From Salisapilia sapeloensis CBS 127946 (Eukaryota; Protista; Oomycota), in contig JAADVB010000083.1 of NCBI GenBank assembly GCA_023334545.1, forward strand, positions 3,433-67,432: a DNA stretch of 64,000 nucleotides, read 5' to 3'. The first letter of the stretch is position 1. Each line of letters begins with the position of its first letter. Positions 13,850-24,600 of this stretch are shown here, one piece after another. The notes beneath the pieces are model-generated. The model had not been told where the DNA came from, ran no database searches, and saw nothing but the letters and a program-made list of their open reading frames with translations. Position numbers and translations under genes: made by a program.

Positions 13850-14138
13850 CTACTCTGACTGTCGCTTTGATTCTTTCGTGCTTTTCACCTTGAAGTGGAT
13901 ATTTTCATTTATACAAGTTACATCTTACGTTACCACATTTTTACTTCTGATATGTATACTTTTATGTTCTTTTCATTGGTGTATAAACATAATCCAGCAT
14001 TTGATTCGACAATAGGTGAAATTAAAACTACACTTCTACCTCTTTGTAAGATGTATAAGACAAAGTATTGCTTGACAGAATAAATTGCCTTCAAACGTAA
14101 ATTACAAACACGTAGCTCGAAACCAACAATTTGGTGAA

Positions 14139-14153
14139 GCCATTTAGCAATCT
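14139..14153 (+). promoter_or_regulatory. INR/FPR-like core promoter of GMP synthase
   Basis: GCCATTTAGCAATCT resembles the oomycete YCATTYYNCAWTT element, about 30 nt upstream of ATG 14170. Confidence 0.5.
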
Positions 14154-14169
14154 ACTTGATCCAGCCAAC

Positions 14170-15750
14170 ATGTCGGACCCTTCGCCTGTAACCGATCGTC
14201 GCCAGATTGCCATCCTCGACTTTGGCTCTCAATACAGTCACTTGATTGCTCGTCGAGTCCGAGAGCTCCATGTTTTCTGTGAACTCTACTCGTGCCTGGT
14301 CGAAGCCGAGGAGCTCCAGCAGCATAAGCTGAATGGCATCATCCTGTCTGGCAGTCCACACTCGGTCTTTGAAGAGAACTCGCCGCACGTGAAAGACTCT
14401 GTTTGGAAGCTCATCAAGGACGAGAACCTTCCAGTCCTTGGTATTTGCTACGGACTGCAGGAACTCGCGTACACTTTCAATGGCCAAGTCGCTGCTTGCG
14501 AACGTCGTGAGTATGGAAAAGCGACGGTTATTAAGAACGGTGCTGACTGCCACGGTCTTCTGAACGGTCTGCCTGATGAGTTCCAAGTCTGGATGAGCCA
14601 TGGCGACAAGCTGACCGCTAAGCCCGATGGATTTGAGACGATTGCGCATACCGAAAGCTCTCCTTTCGTTGCGATCGTAAACGGATCTCGTCGCTTCTAC
14701 GGCATCCAGTTCCACCCGGAAGTCACCCACACGCCACTAGGCAAGGACTTGCTCAAGAACTTTGTCGTAGACATCTGCAAGTCTGCCACGAACTGGGATA
14801 TGCATGACATTGCCGGCGCCTTCATCGAAGAAGTGAGGCAGACGGTTGGTCCCAACGGACACGTTATTGGTGCCGTGTCCGGCGGTGTCGACTCGTCTGT
14901 TGCTGCCGTGCTGTTGCAAAAGGCACTTGGCGACCGCTTCCACGCCGTCCTGATCGACAACGGACTCCTCCGTCAGGATGAAGCCAAGACGGTTGTCCAG
15001 CGTCTCGGAGACAAGATGCAGATCAACCTCCACTGCATCGACGCGTCTGACCGTTTCCTCAAGGCTTTGGAAGGTGTGACTGAGCCAGAACAGAAGCGTA
15101 AGACGATTGGTAACCTCTTCATCGATCTTTTCCAGGAAGAAGCGAAGCGCATTGGATCCGTCGACTACTTGCTCCAGGGCACTCTCTACCCGGATGTGAT
15201 TGAAAGTATCTCGTACAAGGGTCCGTCCGCGACGATCAAGACGCATCATAACGTCGGCGGACTTCCGGAGAAGATGGACTTGAAGCTCATTGAGCCCCTG
15301 CGCGAGTTGTTCAAGGACGAAGTCCGACAGTTAGGCCAGGCACTCGGCATTGATGAAGAGAGTGTGTGGCGTCACCCGTTCCCTGGTCCAGGTCTCGCGA
15401 TCCGTGTGCTTGGCGAGATTACCAAGGAGAGCTTGGACACGCTTCGTCAGGCCGATGCGATCTTCTTGGAGGAATTGAGCAAGAGTGGACACTACAAGAC
15501 GACCGGCCAGGCGTTCTGTGTGCTCTTGCCAGTCAAGTCGGTCGGCGTCATGGGCGACGGACGGACGTATGAAAAGGTCGTTGCGATCCGAGCGGTGAGC
15601 ACGTCGGATTACATGACGGCGGACTGGTACCACATGCCGTACGAGGTGCTCGGCCGCATGTCGAACCGTATTATCAACGAGGTGCGTGGTGTGAACCGGG
15701 TGGTGTATGACATTTCGTCCAAGCCGCCTGCGACGATTGAATGGGAGTAG
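14170..15750 (+). CDS. guaA: GMP synthase (glutamine-hydrolysing)
   Basis: Intronless. ILDFGSQY; LGICYG (catalytic Cys); QFHPEV; SGGVDS PP-loop; QGTLYPDVIES..IKTHHNVGG; RHPFPGPGL; SKPPATIEWE*. Confidence 0.97.
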   Translation: MSDPSPVTDRRQIAILDFGSQYSHLIARRVRELHVFCELYSCLVEAEELQQHKLNGIILSGSPHSVFEENSPHVKDSVWKLIKDENLPVLGICYGLQELAYTFNGQVAACERREYGKATVIKNGADCHGLLNGLPDEFQVWMSHGDKLTAKPDGFETIAHTESSPFVAIVNGSRRFYGIQFHPEVTHTPLGKDLLKNFVVDICKSATNWDMHDIAGAFIEEVRQTVGPNGHVIGAVSGGVDSSVAAVLLQKALGDRFHAVLIDNGLLRQDEAKTVVQRLGDKMQINLHCIDASDRFLKALEGVTEPEQKRKTIGNLFIDLFQEEAKRIGSVDYLLQGTLYPDVIESISYKGPSATIKTHHNVGGLPEKMDLKLIEPLRELFKDEVRQLGQALGIDEESVWRHPFPGPGLAIRVLGEITKESLDTLRQADAIFLEELSKSGHYKTTGQAFCVLLPVKSVGVMGDGRTYEKVVAIRAVSTSDYMTADWYHMPYEVLGRMSNRIINEVRGVNRVVYDISSKPPATIEWE

Positions 15751-16498
15751 ACTGCATGTTGTCAGAGCGCGATAGAGCTTGGAATGGACAAATGCATTTT
15801 CTTTTTTAATTTGGGAATTCGCTCCTCTTGCGTCATGCACCTCGCTCGTCACTGCATTCCCTTGTAGAGTAGTGAATCAATCCAACTCGAATGATTAGTC
15901 AGAGCATCCTGTAGCGATGCATCGTCCTCGGTATCTTTGCCGAATACCAGCTGGAGCCTGACAACTCTTTCTTCCCACGTTCCGGTAGAGACGGTCTCTG
16001 CACCTAGTAGCAATCTCAGGGAAGACACTCCAATGATATCCAAGGAAGCAGGAACAGGGTAGTTGAGATACGACGCTACTAGCGAATAGAAATAGACAAG
16101 CAATCGACTGGCCCACTAGAACTGACTCTCTACATGCCCAAGAGTTCCGTTTCATGATCTCAAGGTTGACAAGTACATCATGCTTCCAAAGATCTCATAC
16201 AGACGAGACATTTGCAATTGACTGGCGCTTGAAGTCAAGTGCGAACATATCCACTTCTCCTGTCATCCACGCATTTCCACTACGACTTCACCTGCATTTC
16301 AAATCCAAAAAGATAACTAGATGCAAGTACGTGCACGGACGCTTCTCTCCAGTACCACGAAAGTATGTTGAAAAGATATTCTGTCTGGCTGGAGAAGAAA
16401 ATTGATGGCTTTTATTTCGCTTACAAGCCGTCTCCGGACATCAAAGGGTAATAGAAAAAGAATTGAATCGGTTCCGTTGCTTCGTTCCAACTAGGCGC

Positions 16499-17527
16499 TT
16501 AGACAGATCCTTCCACCACACCGGCGCGAGTCGAGTTCTTCTTGGTTTCCGTCGACTCGATAACCTCTTCCTCTTCCTCCTCGTTACCAGATGACGAGTC
16601 ACCATCCTCTTCCTCGCTCTCTTCGCCAGCCTGCGTGGTCTTGATCTCGAGCTCATCGTCGCTGCTCTCGAGCTCGTCGTTCGAAGGAGCGTCTTCGTCA
16701 CGTCCCTCTTCCACGTCCTTTGCGGTCTCCTCCTCCTGCTGCTTGCTGCGGTTGGTGAAGGCGACGGCGATGGCAGCCATCACGGCAGCAGCACCAGCAA
16801 TTCCACCAGCGATCGTAGCAGGGTTCTCAATCACAGAGTTGGCCTTCTCTTCATCCTTATCCTCGGTCGAAGCCTTCGTGGCCGTCTCGTGCGTAGTAGC
16901 CTCTGCCGCCTCCGTGGTCTCAGCCTTAGCTTCCTTGGGCTCCTCGACCTTTTGCTCGACCGGGTCCTTGACATTGACGTTCACATCGACGTTTCCGTCG
17001 CTACCGTAGTGAACACGAATGATGGACGGACCATCGACCTCGAGTTCCTCATCGATGCTTTCGTTCGGGCCGATGTCAAAGTCCTGGTAAATGTCTCCGG
17101 AGCCAGAGTAGTCCATGCTCATGGAGCCTTCAAAGTCCTCAATCTCGACGTCTTCCATTTCAGATCCTTCGAGGGAAGAATCAATCCTGTAGGACGCGTC
17201 TTCCGTAGACGACCAGTCCGCGTACACGGCGTCACCGACGGCCGTAGCTTCCATCTGAGACCCAAAGTCACCATCAGCTTCCACATCCCCCGAAGACGAG
17301 ACGTCGACATCCCCGTCCGTGACGTCGTAGCTTTCTTCCTCAGGAGTCTCCTCGGCTGTAGCCGGGACCGCATCCACCGAGTCGTGAGACTTGTGGTGAT
17401 GGTGACGGTGATGGTGCTTGTGGTGCTTGTGGGGGTGGCTTTCATAGTCAAACTGCTGCTTAGCGTCCACTGCCACGACGAGGGCTGCTGCCAAGACGAT
17501 CGCCTTCAGTCCTGTACGTAAAACCAT
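16499..17527 (-). CDS. Acidic type I membrane/surface protein with His-rich N-terminal tract
   Basis: ATG at 17527; signal peptide MVLRTGLKAIVLAAALVVAVDA; HPHKHHKHHHRHHHHKSH; D/E-rich ectodomain; TM-like IAGGIAGAAAVMAAIAVAF; acidic tail. INR-like ACTCATTTCC at ~17580-17571; AATAAA downstream of the stop. Confidence 0.8.
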   Translation of the reverse strand: MVLRTGLKAIVLAAALVVAVDAKQQFDYESHPHKHHKHHHRHHHHKSHDSVDAVPATAEETPEEESYDVTDGDVDVSSSGDVEADGDFGSQMEATAVGDAVYADWSSTEDASYRIDSSLEGSEMEDVEIEDFEGSMSMDYSGSGDIYQDFDIGPNESIDEELEVDGPSIIRVHYGSDGNVDVNVNVKDPVEQKVEEPKEAKAETTEAAEATTHETATKASTEDKDEEKANSVIENPATIAGGIAGAAAVMAAIAVAFTNRSKQQEEETAKDVEEGRDEDAPSNDELESSDDELEIKTTQAGEESEEEDGDSSSGNEEEEEEVIESTETKKNSTRAGVVEGSV

Positions 17528-17805
17528 CTTCTTCGAGCACAATAAGATCTGGAAGGAGCTGGGCGAGTTCGGAAATGAGTTGGGTAATGAACCTAGAATC
17601 CACCGCTGGCGTCTCTTATAAAAAAACAGTGGATATGGAAAATGACAAAGCGGGAGTCCTTCACTTTCAAAATCATCTTGCTCTTCTTTGTACACAGCCC
17701 GGATTTGGCATTAACCCAAAAAAGTGAACCCATGGACATGCTTAAGTAGAAATAGATACAAAGTGGACGCGTTTTTATTGCACGGGGTAGGGCACAGCAC
17801 CATAA

Positions 17806-17813
17806 TGATTGGC
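17806..17813 (-). promoter_or_regulatory. CCAAT box in divergent promoter
   Basis: GCCAATCA on the minus strand between the head-to-head genes starting at 17527 and 17924. Confidence 0.45.
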
Positions 17814-17923
17814 TATTCGTTGCACTCGACCAATTTTGTCAATCAGACTTGATCGGTAGCTTTATTCTTCCCGGTGTGGAGCTATCTTTTCGCTTCGAGG
17901 AAAATAGTGAGCTAGTATCTCCG

Positions 17924-18465
17924 ATGAAGACGTTGATGGGGATTGGAGTCGATGTAGCATTTGTACCAAGATTTGAGCGGTTACTAGATCGTTATGGGCA
18001 GAGATTTCTAGAGAGAGCATATCACGTGGAAGAAATTTCGCACTTGAAAGCCATGTCCGAGTCGCAACGTCCACTCTTTCTTGCGTCCAGGTTCGATCCA
18101 TACGAGGTCGCGAATAACATGAGTTGAAACGTAGAGAGCGTAGGTGGGCAATGAAAGAAGCTACGTATAAAGCATTCCAGCACTATCGGATCCCATTTCC
18201 TGATATACACGTCCGGAAGGTTAAAAATCCACCTCCAACGCACGTCCAGGCACTGCTACCTCCATCCAATACGACAGCTCTAGAGCTCATGTTCACTGGA
18301 GACACAGCTTCCATCGCCAAGGAGCTCCAGATACGGGTAGTTCCTCTACTTCCGACCCTGCCAACCGACATCTAACGTATAAAGTAGGAAAAGTATGTAT
18401 CCATCTCGCACGACAAAGACTATGCCGTCGCGTACGTCGTGCTGATGCAAGAATCTCCACTATAA
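17924..18465 (+). CDS. acpS: Holo-[acyl-carrier-protein] synthase (AcpS-type 4'-phosphopantetheinyl transferase)
   Basis: MKTLMGIGVDVAFVPRF..FLASR / WAMKEATYKA.. / EKYVSISHDKDYAVAYV; two introns of ~53 and ~51 nt. Confidence 0.9.
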
Positions 18466-18508
18466 ATTGGATACAAAGCTTCTCTTATTACGAATTATTC
18501 ACACGTGT

Positions 18509-21331
18509 TCACTCTCGAGGCGTCGTGTACGTCTGTCGGACTTGGGCCACCCAGTCTTCCACAGCTTCAAGCGAGAACAAGTCTAGTTCCTCGTCTTTCT
18601 CCTTCTCCTGCACGATCGCGTCCCACTTGGCACGCATCGTGACGTTCGCGAGTTGTTTAAATTCTTCAATTAAAGCATCAAAGTCTTGACGTCCTTCCGA
18701 CATGGCTCCCTGTCGTTCCATCCACAAGACAAACACATTCGATTGCTTCCCCACCAACGCTCGTTCGTAGCGAGAACAGTCATGTGCAATCGTACCTTCC
18801 CACTCTAAGTACTCTCCGATCTGGTGGAGATAGTGAAGTCTCGACGGCGTTAACACGTCCGTCGGTAGTGACAACGAGTCAATAAGAAGCAGCATCGTAG
18901 CTTGCCATCGCTTCGCAAGCAGCTGCAAGCTCGCGACCATCTCGTCTTCTGCGCCTGCAACCTTTTGCGCCAAAGCTTGAGATTCCAAGATCGTACGCAG
19001 GAGCTTGCGTTGCTCCGACACAAGCGCCTCTCGGAGTTTCGTGTGTGGGACGTCCTGCTCAATATGGTAGTGGAGCACTTGCCACAAAGCCAAGACAAGC
19101 GGCAGACCAGTCGCGAGAAGCTCATCTGACGGAGGTAGCTCCATCAAGAGCGCTCGACTACGCGTCGGGTCTTCATGCGCCACGACACTCGATAGGAATT
19201 TGCGCGCTTCTTCCGGACGCACCTCCAACAACCGGTACGACAAGATGTTAATGAGTACCGACAGCAATTGGAGTTTGTTCTGGAGCGCTAGATTCGCGCG
19301 AGACGTGACGTCTTGCTCGTCCGATGCAATGATCCGACGCATAGGCGCCAATACCGAGAAGATGTTGCCGAGACGAGCGTACCCTTTGTCTCCAAGCAAT
19401 TGCTGTCGAATCAAATCGTTCACCTTGCCTTCCGTCTGCGGCGTAATGGCGATAAACTGCGGGTGGCTGTGCATGGCTTCGAATGCCAGGTTTAGACTCA
19501 CCACGTCATCTAGGTGCGGCACAGGCAGCTCGACGTAGAACATGGATGGACGATGGACGTTCACGGGCGATCGAGGTGGAGATGTGCTTCGAATCTCCGA
19601 GAACACTGCGTGGGCAGACAAGTACTCTTTCGCAGTCTCCATGTTCACTCGACTGCGGCCGTTCATGTACGTACAGACTTCGGCCACGAGTTCACTTGAG
19701 GCACCAGCCGCGACGGCAATGTTACGTGCGTGGAGAGCCATGTGACCCTTTTGGATGCCCGTGACGGCAATCGCGCGCATGGCAGCAAAGTTTTGTGCCA
19801 GACCGACCGAAACGAGAATGCCACTGAGCTGTCGCGCGGTCGGGTACTTGAGAATGGCACGTGTGGAGGCGTAGCCAGGGTGTGTGAGAAGAGCACCACC
19901 CTTGGATCCGACAGAGAGAGGTAACTCCAGACTACCGCGGAAGACCTTGCCATTATCCGTGTCGACGACTTCGTAGTGCGACAGACTCGCGTACTGTCCC
20001 GAGCGACTGGCGTAGCAGTGCGCAGCGGCTTCAATGGCTCGCCAGTCCTGTCCAGATGCCAAGGCCGCAGCGTCGACGCCATTCATGATACCCTTGTTGT
20101 TCGTGACGGCACGGAATGGGTCGATGGCGGCAAAATTGTAGGCTTCGAGCATCTTGCTGGCCACTTCTTCGCCGCTTACGCCCTTCCATCCGAGCTTCGA
20201 GAGCGGGATCTCGAACGATGCACGGGCTCGACGCTGCATACACAAGTTGGTGAGGATACGAAGACCTGCGCGGCCATTGGTGAGACGGCAGATCTCATCC
20301 GACAGACCTTCCGCCACAGTGTTCACGATGTTAGCACCCATGGCTTCACACACATCGACGTCGATGTGCACGACGAGGTAATTCGTCTCCTTGGACGTTG
20401 GTGTGATACTGATTTCATCGTCACACGGAGTATACCAAGCGTTCTTCCTGGACGGAAGGTCCGATGCCTTTACGAGACGGCAGTAGACGTCGACGACACC
20501 ACCATGACGTTTGGCCATGTTCGGACATAGATTCACATTTGCATACTTCATGAGACTTTGTTTGTTGCTTTCAATCGCTTCCATCGCGAACGGGATGTCT
20601 GGTACGTCGACGAGTTGAATCTGAGACGTCATGACATTGCCAGTGGTAGCTGTGCTGAAGCCACCGCCATGGGCAGCCACGAGTTTCGCGGCACTGGAGG
20701 CAGCAGCAACGACAGAAGGCTCTTCCACTGCCATGGGAACAGACAGAGCCTTGCCATCGATGACAAAGTTCAGGCCGAGACCGAGCGGTAGTCCGAGGAC
20801 GCCGACACAATTCTCGACCATGAGATTGGCTTCACGCAACGGCAAGTCGCCGAGCTTGGATGTCGAGTCTGAGCTCTCTGGCTCCGATGGCTGGATGCGC
20901 TGGAGATTCGGGTACATGAGCGACAGCACGTCGAAGCGCTCTCGCAGCGTCTTGCTGTAGAATCCAGACCAAATAGATGGCTGGGACGTTGTGGCTGGCT
21001 TGCTCTCTTCGCCAAAGTTGACGTCGTCGTCGGATTCATGTTGCGTTGGTGTGAGCGTTTCGAAGCGCTTGGTCGGAAGCGCGTCGGTTTGCTGTGGGAC
21101 GGACGAGTCATTGAGTGTGTGCACGAGCTCCGTCAGTTCGTGGAGCTTGGTCTGTGTTGATGGCAGCAGCGTCTCTTGGCGCTCTCGAGCCACTTGCAGC
21201 AGCTTGTGTGCCGACTGCAATTGCTCCAGCGCCGAGTCGAGCGTAGCGGCGAGTTGATCGACCGAGTTGTACGTAACTGCAGACGCATCATGGGTCGTGT
21301 CGTTCTCGTTGAAATCAGACTTGGCAGTCAT
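18509..21331 (-). CDS. Class II (bacterial-type) HMG-CoA reductase with N-terminal coiled coil and ~370 aa C-terminal extension
   Basis: Intronless, 940 aa. MVENCVG; PMAVEEPSVVAAAS; EAMGANIVNT; TNNKGIMNG; GQDWRAIEA; GLAQNFAAMRA..GIQKGHMALHARNIA. Catalytic Glu, Lys, Asp and His positions of class II HMGR are present; no sterol-sensing TM domain. Confidence 0.92.
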   Translation of the reverse strand: MTAKSDFNENDTTHDASAVTYNSVDQLAATLDSALEQLQSAHKLLQVARERQETLLPSTQTKLHELTELVHTLNDSSVPQQTDALPTKRFETLTPTQHESDDDVNFGEESKPATTSQPSIWSGFYSKTLRERFDVLSLMYPNLQRIQPSEPESSDSTSKLGDLPLREANLMVENCVGVLGLPLGLGLNFVIDGKALSVPMAVEEPSVVAAASSAAKLVAAHGGGFSTATTGNVMTSQIQLVDVPDIPFAMEAIESNKQSLMKYANVNLCPNMAKRHGGVVDVYCRLVKASDLPSRKNAWYTPCDDEISITPTSKETNYLVVHIDVDVCEAMGANIVNTVAEGLSDEICRLTNGRAGLRILTNLCMQRRARASFEIPLSKLGWKGVSGEEVASKMLEAYNFAAIDPFRAVTNNKGIMNGVDAAALASGQDWRAIEAAAHCYASRSGQYASLSHYEVVDTDNGKVFRGSLELPLSVGSKGGALLTHPGYASTRAILKYPTARQLSGILVSVGLAQNFAAMRAIAVTGIQKGHMALHARNIAVAAGASSELVAEVCTYMNGRSRVNMETAKEYLSAHAVFSEIRSTSPPRSPVNVHRPSMFYVELPVPHLDDVVSLNLAFEAMHSHPQFIAITPQTEGKVNDLIRQQLLGDKGYARLGNIFSVLAPMRRIIASDEQDVTSRANLALQNKLQLLSVLINILSYRLLEVRPEEARKFLSSVVAHEDPTRSRALLMELPPSDELLATGLPLVLALWQVLHYHIEQDVPHTKLREALVSEQRKLLRTILESQALAQKVAGAEDEMVASLQLLAKRWQATMLLLIDSLSLPTDVLTPSRLHYLHQIGEYLEWEGTIAHDCSRYERALVGKQSNVFVLWMERQGAMSEGRQDFDALIEEFKQLANVTMRAKWDAIVQEKEKDEELDLFSLEAVEDWVAQVRQTYTTPRE

Positions 21332-21351
21332 GGCTTGTCCGATCTACTGAC

Positions 21352-21367
21352 GATTGGAAAATGAAGC
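21352..21367 (-). promoter_or_regulatory. INR-FPR core promoter of HMGR
   Basis: Minus strand GCTTCATTTTCCAATC matches the oomycete consensus TCATTYYNCAWT, about 30 nt upstream of ATG 21331. Confidence 0.65.
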
Positions 21368-21699
21368 TGACGAGCGGTCACTAGCCGAGCGATGTACGAG
21401 GGATGAGACAGTCGTCTTATTGTGCCCAAGAGATACCGAGCCGGAATAAGAAACTCAAAGGGTAATGGGCGCGTATAAACGTCTTCCCTCGAGTCACGTC
21501 AATACGAATACAAGTAGAGGAGGAAGATAGGCAAGGATGCACACAACGTTGCGAATCGAGTATGTCTGCCGCCGTCCGATCCGTTCGATTCGAGTAGCCT
21601 ATTTTACGTCTATGCGATGTTTCGACTGAGAGGAATACATTCATTTTGATAACATTCTAGCCCATATCGCTGCCCTGTCTATTTTACGCAACGAATACT

Positions 21700-24600
21700 T
21701 CAGTCCCAATCGCCATCCTCTTCATATATGTCTTCGACATTAATGGATTCCGGTCGAGGTGTCCGTGGAGGCTCATAGTCCTCGTAAAGAGCGGTCTCCG
21801 CCGTTGTCGATTGGATGGCGTCAGTGTCAGACATTGGCAATGGACGATCCAATGCATATCCATGGGGAAGGATATGTGATAGTGTCCCTTCGTGCTCTAC
21901 TTCTGACTCGACACAGATGTGCTTCCAAGTGTCGACAGCTAGCACTACATTGTGTCGCAAGGTACTTTGGAGCTCCAGCTTCATGTCTTCGTCAACTTCT
22001 TGATGGATTGGACCTGCCGACTGAAGCATGGCGTGCCAGTAGTTTGGTACCGCGAGTGCGTTCGTAATGGGCTAGTTGCAAGTTAACATGAGAACCTAAA
22101 TAATTGAAGGCAAATGCAAAGGATATCGTACTTGAGCTCTGGGCAGCACGTCGAGCAAGCTGTCCGTATCCTCTGGTGTCTTCAATAGGTCGACCCGAAG
22201 AAACTGTACCATGCCGAGTTAGTCTTTACGTCCAAAGTAGTCTAGAAAGCATCCTACCTCTGTACCCGGTATCGGTAACGTCAAAGTACCGGTAATAAAT
22301 TGAACGAGCTGACGTTTACGCTTCGGCGTAAAACCTTTCACGACGTGCCAAAAAGCATCATGTAATGGAGACTGGACAAACGCAGGATCGAGTGACAGCT
22401 GGAAGATGTGGTCAAACGCAAAGTCCTCATCCATGGTATACTTGGTGGTTCCACAAAGTACGAATTGCAAGTCTTTCGCAGACATACTAGCTTGACGGAG
22501 TGCAGTCGTCGAAATGACCGAGTGGAAACCATTTCGTAGCTGCCGGAATTGCCAAGATAAGTTGTCTCGAGTACCGAATTTCATATCAATTTGGTATCGA
22601 CAATAGTCCGATACAGACATGTCAGCATTGAGCCCGCTACCTAATAGCATTTGTTGGACATCCTTATCATCCATATCATGCAGACTTTTCCAGGACTTGG
22701 CTAATTGGTAATCAAATTCCTCCGCTTCTCTCATGCCAATTTCCACATTCTCGTCCAAGAGCATATCAAAGAAGAGATTTGGAAGAGATATGTCTACAGT
22801 AGTATGATGGGTCACAGCCTGTGCTATCCACCACCCTATAAACCATAAAGCTCGTTCATTCGCGTCGTTGGTCGCTGTGTCAGGATTGAGCCAATACCAG
22901 TCAGACGTTTGAGTAGGGCGCAAGTATGCGTGCTGAGGTTTCATAAAGTGGACATGAGAGACTGGCAGTTCTTGTGTCGCAGAACTCGCATCTAGTAGCC
23001 ACCTGTCTCCATCTTTTGCCTTGAGAACACACTCACATGCATTATCCTGACTATCCTTCCATTCTACTTTCCATCCAGACTGAAGAGTATTATCTTTAAT
23101 AGTCAAGTGGCCGTCCTCGATCTTGATCGTATTCCTAGCGTCAAGCTCAAGTTTTGCCTCCGTCCACTCGGTTGAGACACAAGTTGCGATAATTTCAAAC
23201 CACTCTTTTATCCTTCTTCTACTTTTTCCATCATTGTCGTCCGATTCCTTTACATTTTCTTCACAAACAAAGGTAGGACTAAGCGTGACCAGCCCAGTTG
23301 TCAGTGTTGTAGAGCCAAACGCTTCAACAACACTTTCAATACTACTTGATAAAGCATTCGACCGATCACACAGAATCTTCCGATTTAAAGAAACCTCTCC
23401 TTCACTATTTGTCTCGGTTACCACCTTCATATCAGCAACTAGCATCAAAGCCCTGCATGCTGGATCAAGAAGGAACTTCATGTCATCGAGATCGCCTACG
23501 AGCGGAGCAACAATGTGTTTGATGAGTTTCCAATCCTCTGCCAACTTGTTACGAGGTTCATTCGTAAGGTAGGGATAGTAGAGGTAGACGAGTCTTGTCA
23601 GTCCATGCGAGGTTAGTTGACTGGTATCCCTGGACTCATCTAACGTCTTATCAACAGCATACAGACTGGCCATTAATTTTGCTGTACGTAGCAACACTTC
23701 CAAGGTCGACTTATGCATTGATTCGTGAAGAGTAAATAGCGTCTTCGTCTCCAGATCCTCCATATGAAGCTCTGATACAAGGGAAGTCATATCTCGTAAC
23801 CGCGAGACAATTTCCTTCGCTACATAGGAACACCCGATATCAAGTACTTCAGCGCACTCTCTCCATGCTGCTTGAGTAAAACTAATTCGGCGTGCCGCAT
23901 CGTCGAACAGCATCTTACTCAATGACGAATTGTCATCCAGGTCAAGGGAAAACAGAGACCATATAAAAGACCCTTGCAGCGTATCGGATAGATCTCCATT
24001 ACTTTGAAGACATTGTCCTATCTCGTGCCTAGATTTCCAATGTCTCATTGTATCGAGATCGGTAACAAAATCCTCAGCAATGTTAGATGAGGGCGATAAT
24101 TTATTCATGAGGTCAATAAGTTGCTTCATAGGGTTCTCATCCGATTCCTGAACTTGTATCGCTGACTCCTTTTCCACATTGTAAGTCTCGTCGGAATTGC
24201 TGTCAACATCTTTTGGAGGTAAGTTACTAGATGGCTGGGTGTTTCCGTCTTCGGACCTTGTCGACAGTACATCATTATTGTCCTCCTCGAAGCTTTCTGC
24301 ATAGTCTGCATTCTCCTCCTCATGCGTATTAGCTGCAGAATGTGGGCGAGTATCAGCAGTACTAGGTTCTTGGACCTCCAAGTCTGATTGCAATCTTTCG
24401 CTTTTTGGAGACAGTGAATCACTCCGTTTACCACTATTCTGAATATCTAAACCCTCTTCTTGACCTATCTGGCCGGCTCCAGCTTCGAACCTGGCAGCGG
24501 AATTTACATTAACTCTATTTTCCTCATCAAGGTTGACATTATTACTCTCGCTTCTGGTGGACATTAAATTATTCTCGAATATCGATTGTTCAACGTGCTC

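Noticed and set aside
14152-15852. Long antisense ORFs (192, 170 and 173 aa) opposite GMP synthase
   Set aside because: Expected shadow of strong codon bias in a highly expressed gene; no recognisable motifs.
16542-17521. Antisense ORFs of 155 and 210 aa over the His-rich gene
   Set aside because: Ser/Val-rich mirror of GAG/GAC/CAC codons on the coding strand.
17924-21331. AcpS next to HMG-CoA reductase as a possible biosynthetic gene cluster
   Set aside because: No PKS, NRPS, ACP or tailoring enzyme nearby; both fit primary metabolism.
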